Assembly: GCA_964187785.1 (NCBI GenBank)
Contig: OZ076413.1
Location: 42,658,001-42,718,000 of the forward strand
Length of the DNA stretch: 60,000 bases
Source: Amphiscolops sp. MND2022
Lineage: Eukaryota
Direction: 5' to 3'
A program made the position numbers and the translations under genes. The notes below the pieces were generated by a model. That model had not been told where the DNA came from and did no database searches. It was given only the letters and a program-made list of their open reading frames with translations. Shown here one piece after another: positions 51,795-60,000 of this stretch (within the stretch, counting starts at the first letter, position 1; every line of letters starts with the position of its first letter).

Positions 51795-53760
51795 CTAAAG
51801 GTAATGCATTTTTTCAAACGCGTCTCTGTCGCTCAATGTTCCTACAACGCAAGCAGTTTTACCAACTTCCAGAGCCAATGAGATACGGTACTCAAGGAAA
51901 CCGATTCTCTGGTCATCGTGCGATCGACGTAGCATTATCTGAAAACACGTTATGAAGACTTCGCTGTTTTCACCAAAGGAACCCTGTAATTCAAGATCCA
52001 CCAGCTGGAAACACCCATTCTCGATCTATTCGCAGTAATTCTCGCTCTGACACAATCCAGTCTCAGTAGCAATGGTTCCGGAGTTGCAAAAGGAGCCTTG
52101 ACTGATGCGAATAGGGGCATCAATACCAGCTGTTTAGCAATTCCCCAAGGAATAAGTGTAAATCTATCAGGGCCTTTGCCATCGGTTCAGTAAAGTCCAC
52201 GGCGTTCAAGCATTGAAGTCAAGTCGAGAGATCCCAGCGTCTGACAACGATAGAAATAATTTTATCACACGTGAATATCGGCCCATACATTTGTTTCAAG
52301 AAATACCTGTGTAAACTGTTCTCTTCGAATGTGTCAACACGTTTGCTCCAGCTGCTGATCATATATCCTAGTTTCAAGCCTCCTCTATTTCTACAGGAAA
52401 CAACGTTAAACAACTTCGACTCTAACTTGCATTGATGAGAGTTCAAAATGTTTGACCGGTTTTCATCTATTCTGGATATCAACTCTTGAGCTGCCCAGAC
52501 GTTAACAAGTTGAGATTGAGTAATCTGAAATCCATCGATCGGACTCTCTTCTTCATTTGCCACACTCAGACGTTTTTCGAGCGCTTTCGTGAACGAAACG
52601 TCTTCGAAGCTTTCCGCCAAATTAACTCGCACCCTGAAGCCAAGAAAACAGGAATCGCAAACGATGCTAACAATGACTCCGATGAAACACCAAGACCACC
52701 CAAGTCGGCTGGCAGAAGCAACTGACTATTCAAAACTGTCAAAATTCACGTTATAAACTTTGGAAATGCCGTCTCTTATTTCGTTTTTTTTTGTTTTTTT
52801 TTTGTTTTTATTTCAGAAGCTCTTGGTGGTTTGAAAAGGTTCTACTTCGTGAAAAGAAGGAAGATTCAAAAGGACCAGAACAGTTTTTTTAACATGTAGA
52901 AGCGGTCAAGTGCATTCAATTTTTGTTTTTGTTTCAGCGACATTGAGAATAATATAAAAACTGTAGGGAGGAGTTTTTCGCTTTAGCCGACTATCGAGAT
53001 AGTAGGACAGTGCCGACATAATGAGATAATGAGATATAGATATTTTGTTCGGCAATGAGTATAAGCGTGAGATATGAACATCTCAAGCTGTCGACTACAG
53101 TTACCTTAGTTGACTCTCCTGCAACAAAACGAGTGAGTGGTAATCTTTCGTTCGAAAAGAACTTAATCTGCATTCAAATGCGAATGCGAAACTTCGTTTA
53201 CTCTTAGTCAACAGGTTCTGTTTAGTCCGAGATTAGTCAAAGCCGGTATAAACTGGCAGAGTGATTAATTTTGCGATATAAAATGACTAAATGTGATTGT
53301 GTATCATGTTTCTATTATGTTTGTCAAAGGTGCCAATTTCAGAAAATTTTACGAATTTTACGACAATTTTATGAAAACTTCATATTTCTTTTGTAATTCG
53401 GAGTGATCATATGAGCCTGAAGGGGAGCCAAGGATACACAGTTCGTCTTCCGTTGAAAATTTTTTCTCTGACAATTTTCCTGAAAAGCGACCATCATCAT
53501 TAGTTGGCGATTTTCTGTCACGTCATCCAAGAAAAAACGTTTCGTTAATTTTGATTTTAACACACGATTTGTTACCGCATCAACAGTTTTGATCAAATCT
53601 CCAAAGTCATTTCTAAAGTCGTCACTGACATCATACCATCAAGGTATAAAGGATCTTTTTTGAGTCCAAACTGCGTATCAAATTGTGAATCGCATCAGAA
53701 GACAAAGTTAGAGACTCAAGATCTCCTTGCTGGATTATGCTTCAATGATCGACTCACAGT
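51795..53760 (-). pseudogene. Degenerate CRE-like non-LTR retrotransposon (RT plus restriction-like endonuclease), interrupted at ~52750-53360
   Basis: Minus-strand remnants: QQGD (~53730), LP.DLGGLG...FLAS (~52720-52635), GLY*TDGKGPD..T.IPW (~52200) and ELQGSFG...RISLALEVGKTACVVGT (51795..52001). Confidence 0.7.
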
Positions 53761-55149
53761 AAAAATGGTTCACATTTGGAAGTGATTGAGTTTCCGTAGG
53801 GTTCGAAAGAAAGCCCATGTCCTGACGAAGTTCAAGTATGAGGGCTGCGTAGTTGTCGACAGTGAAAGAGCACTTTCAAGTCAGCAGCAGCCAATCTGAG
53901 TCCTTTCTCCACGTTGCCCTCATGTAGTTTGTGCAAAGAGACCCATATTCCTTTTTGTTACGGTTTTCGATTGCCCTGGTCGGTTCAATTTTGCCTTCCT
54001 GAGTGTTCGTTTATCATAGCGAGGTAAAACGACAGCAACCTTTGCTTAGTGCTGCGTTTTTTCCGAACAACAGCTGAATGAAGAAATAGATTTTTCCAGC
54101 AGAACATTACTTTACAGTTTTTGGCAAGTGTTGTTGACCTTGGGAATCAACTTGTCGGTTAGGGGGATGCAATGGGGATAGTGTTGAGCACATATGATTT
54201 GGGAAACCTTGCGAGCCTCTGTTCGAGTTAGCTCAGCGAACTTTGTTTAGACTCAGCCTTTGCAGAGGTTAAAATTTATCCATCCAATCAAGTCTTGAGA
54301 CACATAGAAGGGTCACAATTTTTTTGTTTTTTATCAATACATAACCTTTTGCAGGAATACTACATTTGCGCCTTTGATCTAATTTCTTTGATGTATTTCT
54401 TTCAGACCTAAATTCCAAGTAGCAACAATGACGCCAGGCCATATGGCACGTCGCCTTGACTCACTTCGCTCCTGCATTTAGGGAACTAGGGGTATGTGAA
54501 CATAGCTGACTACGTTATAATTGTTCCTACAAAATCTGACACTCGTTTTCAGCTTAGTGACTTCAATTCGATTTCAAGTTTCCGTGATTCATATTGCAGC
54601 ATAAACAAAGTTACTGCTGTTTGAAACCAGTTTTTCATTTTTTACTGTTTGGGATTTCCGCTGTTTGAGAATTCCCCGTCTAAAATCATTGCCATCTCTG
54701 AAGCTATCCAACTCACTCATCAAAACAAACAGGATGAAAAGTAGGGGTTTTGAAAGCCATAGAGGTCTTTTTGAAGTTGGCAATCAATTGATTTGAAAAT
54801 TGAGTTTTCGACGTCTTGTCTGCCGACGTTTTTGTTTTATTGTTTTCATTTTTACTAATATCACAGGGTGACGCTCTCGTAATTAAATCGAAGGATTAGC
54901 AGGACATGGTTTACATAGCCACACAAAAACCCAAGTGAACGGTTTGTTGTGTGCCCAGTAATATTGACATCAGTTTCAGAAGTCTCTGTTCCATGTTTGG
55001 TCGTTTGAGAGTGTCAAGGTATCTCTGTTTTTCATTGTTTCTAAATCCAGTTCGGTACCAAAAACTTTGGCATTGTGCTCCGAAAAAGTAGTCGTAACTA
55101 GGATTCTTGTTTGTCTTCCCCGACGCTTGATTTCATAGCGCTCGCTAGA

Positions 55150-58100
55150 GTCAACTGCATAGTAACCATTGATGATGTTATTGTTCAACTTAAAGTTTTT
55201 CAGAAACTTAAAATAGAGTGGTGTTAATAAGTTTGTTAAAAAACTGAGTCAATCTTGTTCATGTAGTCACAGAACTTTTTGAGGGATTTTGTGTTGACCT
55301 TCTCGACTGATTTGCGCTCAGCCTTTTCCAGTTCACAACATTCAGAACCGAACAACAGTATCAGATATATGATAGCTTTTTAAAAGCGTACTTCTGCAGA
55401 TATGATGAGTGACTGGTGGCTGTTCCTCTCCAAAAGAAACGAACACTTTAAGGTTTTTAGTTCGGTAATCCGCTTGTTCTTTCCAGTTTAATGATTCATT
55501 GGCAATGAGCCTCACGTCTTTGGAGGACTTTTAAATTCCAAAAATTGATATCCCGGCAATTTTTGTTTTTCGCTTGGTGTTTTTTCCAGGCATGAATTAG
55601 GTCATGGAGCCATCCTTGGCATTGAACAGGAGACAAAATTTGGTACTCCAGGATTGTAAATTGTAGATGTCTCTTTTTAGTTGCTTCAATTCGTGTGGAA
55701 TTCACTGTAACTCAATCGTAAGTCATCGGCAAACAGTAGTGCAACTGACGAAAACAGAAAGCTTGGTAGATCTTTTTGTATAACGAGAAAAGTGTGGTCC
55801 CAGAATTGAATCTTGGGGCACACCAGGCGTAATCCTCATCTTGCTGGAAAGATTCTTGCTTATTTTTACCCTTTGAAATCTGCCGCTTAGGTAGTCTCGG
55901 AGCATCTTGAGTACAACATCGTGCTTGATTTTATCCAATCCTTTAAAAAATTTAAAAATTTAGAAAACAATGCTCAAGAGTGTCACTTGACGATTGTTTT
56001 CCAAAGTTACTCTCTCATTTTCTTCCTCGTGTGGTGAATAAATTCCTTCTTTCCATTCAGTTGGAAACTTAGAAAATCGTATTCTGTTCGAGTACATGAG
56101 CTTCAATGACCGCGTTATCTCTGACCCGGTTGCCCGTAGAAAGGCAGGTGATAAGTCATCGGCTCCCCTGCTTTTACTGATGTTGAGATTCAGCGGATTT
56201 TTGCGGATTTCAAATTCATCGATATGGAAAGTGATGTCCCCAAACTCCAACTGCTTAGTTTGGAAGAAGAAAGGAAAATCCCGATCTGTTGCGAAGAAAA
56301 AACGAAGTTTTTATTAAAAACTCTGCTTCACTGTCATTGCTAGTTGATACTTCATTCGTTTCGCCGTTTACTATCCTCGAGGGAAAATTGTCTTTTGGCA
56401 AGCAGTTCAGGTACTTGATAAATGTTTGAAATTTTATTCCAGCAAAAAGGTTTGATTCGTAATCGCTCTTCTCCTTTTCTTGAAGCTCCGCGCATTTTGC
56501 CACCAAAAGCATCACTTCGCTCGAATTCTCAGATGATTTCTTTCGCTGAGTTCGTCTAGTTATTGACACTTCCTCCAGCACGTGTGATGTTTCATTTGAT
56601 ACCCACGGTAATTCTTTGGTGTCTAAGTCTTTTTATCTGTCATAAATCCAATGGTACTTTGATTCAAATTAACATCAACAATGCTACAACAAAACGACTG
56701 GCCTGAAAGACTGAACCACCACTTCTGGAAGCAGAGAGTCGTAGTTGCAACGACAGTAACTATTGTATTGACTTTTCCTATCTTTGCAACACGTTCAGTT
56801 ATTGTTAATTTAATAGTTGCGGGTTATTTCAGAATCTTTCCATGCCTGCCTCTTCCGCAATGAACTGATTAAAGATTGTTTGGTACGAGTACTAAGTCCA
56901 GAAGGAACTTCTCGTGTTTTCGTAGTTCACCATCTGGACCATTCCACAGTCTTCTATGAACGAAAATACTTGCTGATCGTAACGTAATTGTCTGCAGATT
57001 TGTAGGTCTCCCAGATTGTATCCGGCATGTTGAAGTCGCCGACAAGAATGAGATTTGGCTTACAGATTCTAAGAAGAAAAGCAAACATTTTTTTATGATG
57101 TCGTTTCCTGGTATCCGATAGAGAGTTCTTCTATCAGGGTTGTAGAGGATTTCTATGGATAACGGTTTGAGAACATTGTGCTGTATTAATCACATTGCGT
57201 TCTCTATCGCAGTTGGGTGTGTAATTATGGAAACGTCTTCAAGTTTGATGTGATCTCTGACCGCTATGAGGCTCCTCTATGGGCCGAGATTTGTTGTTTG
57301 ACGGCCAGTCAGCTCGAATTACTTTGATGTTGTGGTGGTAGAGTCCTCCATTTCTAATAGTTTTTGTCAACTAAGTCTCGGTAATCAATAAAATGTCCTA
57401 CTTCATTCGTTGAACAAATTCAGCAAAATCTAGCCATCGATCTGTAAGCAACAAGTAAAAGACATTGCAAAGTAATGCTATGAAGATTGACGACAGGTGT
57501 GCTTCTTGGTCTCGATAGTCTTCTTCCTTTTCGGGATCTCTACATTACTCCCTGAGCCACGAATCATCTAAAAAAGGTTCAGGATTTTCCACCGTCTTTG
57601 GTTTTGCTTCTTCAATCAGTTTTTAAATCGGTTACCTTGTTGCTTGGGAAAAGTCATGAGATACTCTGACGTTTCTAAACCTTTCTTCTGCAGTTTTAAA
57701 GTTCCGAAGTAGTCGGAAGATATTATTCTATTCATCTTTACTTTCAAGAACCAACTTTAAATGGCAGGCCTGTCATCTGATTCGGTTGCAATTTTGGATT
57801 TCCCCAATCTGATTGCTTTCACAACAAGAGGCGGATCCTCGGATTTGAGTCCCTGTTTGCGGAAAATGCCAAAAATTCCAATTCCTCTTGTTTTCTTTAG
57901 TGTGTGTTTTCCAAAACACTCTCTTTTACAATAAAAATGTTCTGCTCATTTTCATAAGATGAAGTAGTTTTTTCTTGCTGTGTCTTGTTTCGTCCCTGAT
58001 CTATTTTAACATCTGATGCTGCATGTTGTCTCGAGGTTTCCAGGCTGGTTTAATTCCATACGGCATCTTTTTTTGATGATTTCATTCAATTAGATTTCGT

Positions 58101-58500
58101 GTCTAAGGTTTCTTCTTGCTTCTTGAATCGGTTTTCAATTTCAATCGCGTTACAATTTTTGATCTTTGTCAGCGAATTTTCCTGATCGATGAGACGTTTT
58201 TCAACTTTCTCCAACTTTTTAGGCCAGTGCCTTCCTAAGGTTCATTTTCGAGCTAACGCTTACCGTGATCCTCGCATAGCTTGCAAGGCCAAATGATACC
58301 TTTATATTTTTTGCTAGCAATTAGAACTGAAGTTGGTACACTGTGGTACAAACTACCACACATTTGACATGCGAGGATTCCTTTTTCACACTCATTTTGC
58401 ACAATCACCACAAGGATTTTTTTGCGGTATGATTTCTCCTGCCATCAATCAGCCCTAAGCAGATATGCCCCCTTCTAACCAACTAAGGTTTTTGAAAGAA
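55150..58500 (-). pseudogene. Degenerate CR1/L2-like LINE (ORF1, AP endonuclease, RT)
   Basis: KSRGADDL, FPTEWKEG, NRQVTLLS, YLSGRFQRV and GVPQDSILGP (RT); GDFNMP and LDLVL (APE); Cys-rich ORF1 remnant near 58400. Confidence 0.85.
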
Positions 58501-59414
58501 CAAGTCTGACGAAGGATGGTTACAAAAACTGAGGGCACTTAAGAGTACTAAATTCTGGTTCTCTTTCGCCTCCATCGCTGCTCCTTTTGAGAAAAGTTAT
58601 TCTTTTTGGTTTTTTCTTTCCTCCAGAAGGATCCGAGAAAGTTTTGTCTAATCCAGATGGTGTTGAAGAATTTTTGCCCAGAGCCTCCAAAAGACGAACT
58701 TCGGGAAAGTTGAAGAGTTTTAAAGTCTGCTTTTGCTTTCTACTTGAAACGAGGTTTCTTTCAGCGTCTCCAAAAGGTTTTTTTTCTGTAGGTCTTTCAA
58801 GTTACTCTCTCTGTCCTAACAAATCACTTGGCTCAAAGTCCATTGGTCAAATTTTTCCAGCCAAATGACTTCAAAACTAAGCAAAGTTCATTCTAATTCA
58901 AGCAATAGCTAAAAGCGACTTGTTCCAGACCAAAACTGAATTGAGATCTTAACGAAATAATCAAAAACCAACATGCTTGTACGAAATTTGTACGACATGA
59001 TTAGCATATTTGTTGTATGGCTCGGCTCCCTTCGTCAAGTAGCAACATTGAGGCATGGCAAAATGGCAAGTCGCTCTGCTCCTCTTCGCTCCTGCATTTA
59101 GTGTATGTGAACAAAGCTGACTACGTTATAATAATGGTTTCAAACAAAATCTGCCACGCGTTTTCAACTTGGTGATTTCAAGCGGCGACAAATAACCAAG
59201 TCGGAAATTTATGATCAAAAATACGCAAGTCGAAATTGGTCGACAAAGATCTTGCTCGAAATCGAAGAGGGATAGTTTTTCGGTCGACATAATTAGATCG
59301 AATATGTAAAATTTTGCGAAAATGATTGAAAATAAAATGGGGGGTCGTATACGGTGTATGCACGCTCGCACTCACCGTCGCAAAGATCAGCCCCCACTAC
59401 GATCGCTTCGCGAT

Positions 59415-60000
59415 TTCCGTTCCCTCTAGGTCTTTGCTCCTGTTGGACCTCGCTTCGCAAGATGGGAACATAAGGGGCCCCAAGGGGCCGCAGGGCACTA
59501 GAGGAAGTGGAGACATATCCGAGGCACGTTTTATACTCTAAATCAATTCTAAATCGGGAGGTTTCATGTTGCCAGTCATATGTCGTTCCAGGTTGTTTCG
59601 ACCTGGATCGCAGTTTTCGACATTTCGATGCGAGAATTCAATTTCATTCAGAATCCGTTTTTTCGGCCCAAGCTTATCGCTCGAAATTTGACCGAAAGTT
59701 TTCGACCCGATTCGTTAAGGTGGTATATGCCCTTTTTGCCGAATCCCAGTTTGCCGAAAGCATGGGACATTTTGCCGATTTTTTTTTCGGCAAAGTGGGC
59801 ATCGAAATTTGGCAAAGTGGGCAAAGCAGTTGTCTACATCTGCAAAAACAGACTTTGATGACTATAAAGTGATTCAAAGTATAAAACGTGTCTCGGATAT
59901 GTAGCCATTTCCTCTAGTGCCCCGCGGCTCCTCGGGCCGCTTATGTTCCCATCTTGCTAAGCGAGGTCGAATAGGAGCAAAGACCTAGCGGGAACGGAGA
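59415..60000. mobile_element. Long-TIR MITE or non-autonomous DNA transposon running off the window end
   Basis: 59415..59538 is an imperfect reverse complement of 59878..59998. Confidence 0.8.

Overview
AT-rich animal genomic DNA (species not determinable here), dominated by transposable elements and containing the 3' part of one spliced host gene. (1) Eight phase-compatible GT-AG exons on the + strand (11066..36964) encode the C-terminal half of a RasGRP/CalDAG-GEF protein: end of the CDC25 domain, two EF-hands, C1 domain, coiled coil and a C-terminal -DTHV. (2) 1..9425 is a young, non-autonomous Ty3/Gypsy-type LTR element with an intact gag, a -1 slippery site and an in-frame deletion of nearly all of pol. 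Its 3' LTR appears to be about 3.85 kb (5573..9425; defined by a polypurine tract and an 11-bp terminal inverted repeat). Within its U3 it carries an antisense JmjC-domain (Fe/2-oxoglutarate dioxygenase, demethylase-like) gene with an intact H-x-E...H triad, one 1-bp frameshift, its own candidate poly(A) signal and a candidate 5'UTR intron. This is the stand-out finding. (3) Other elements: a decayed Gypsy fragment (~26.9-28.6 kb), a full-length decayed Gypsy with ~310-bp LTRs and a 572-bp internal duplication (37822..42919), two families of Helentron/DINE-1-like non-autonomous elements, a foldback palindrome, a deleted hAT element with an 8-bp TSD, tRNA-derived SINE-like heads, a CRE-like RLE non-LTR relic, a CR1/L2-like LINE relic and a long-TIR MITE at the right edge. 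All calls were made by eye; no database searches were run.
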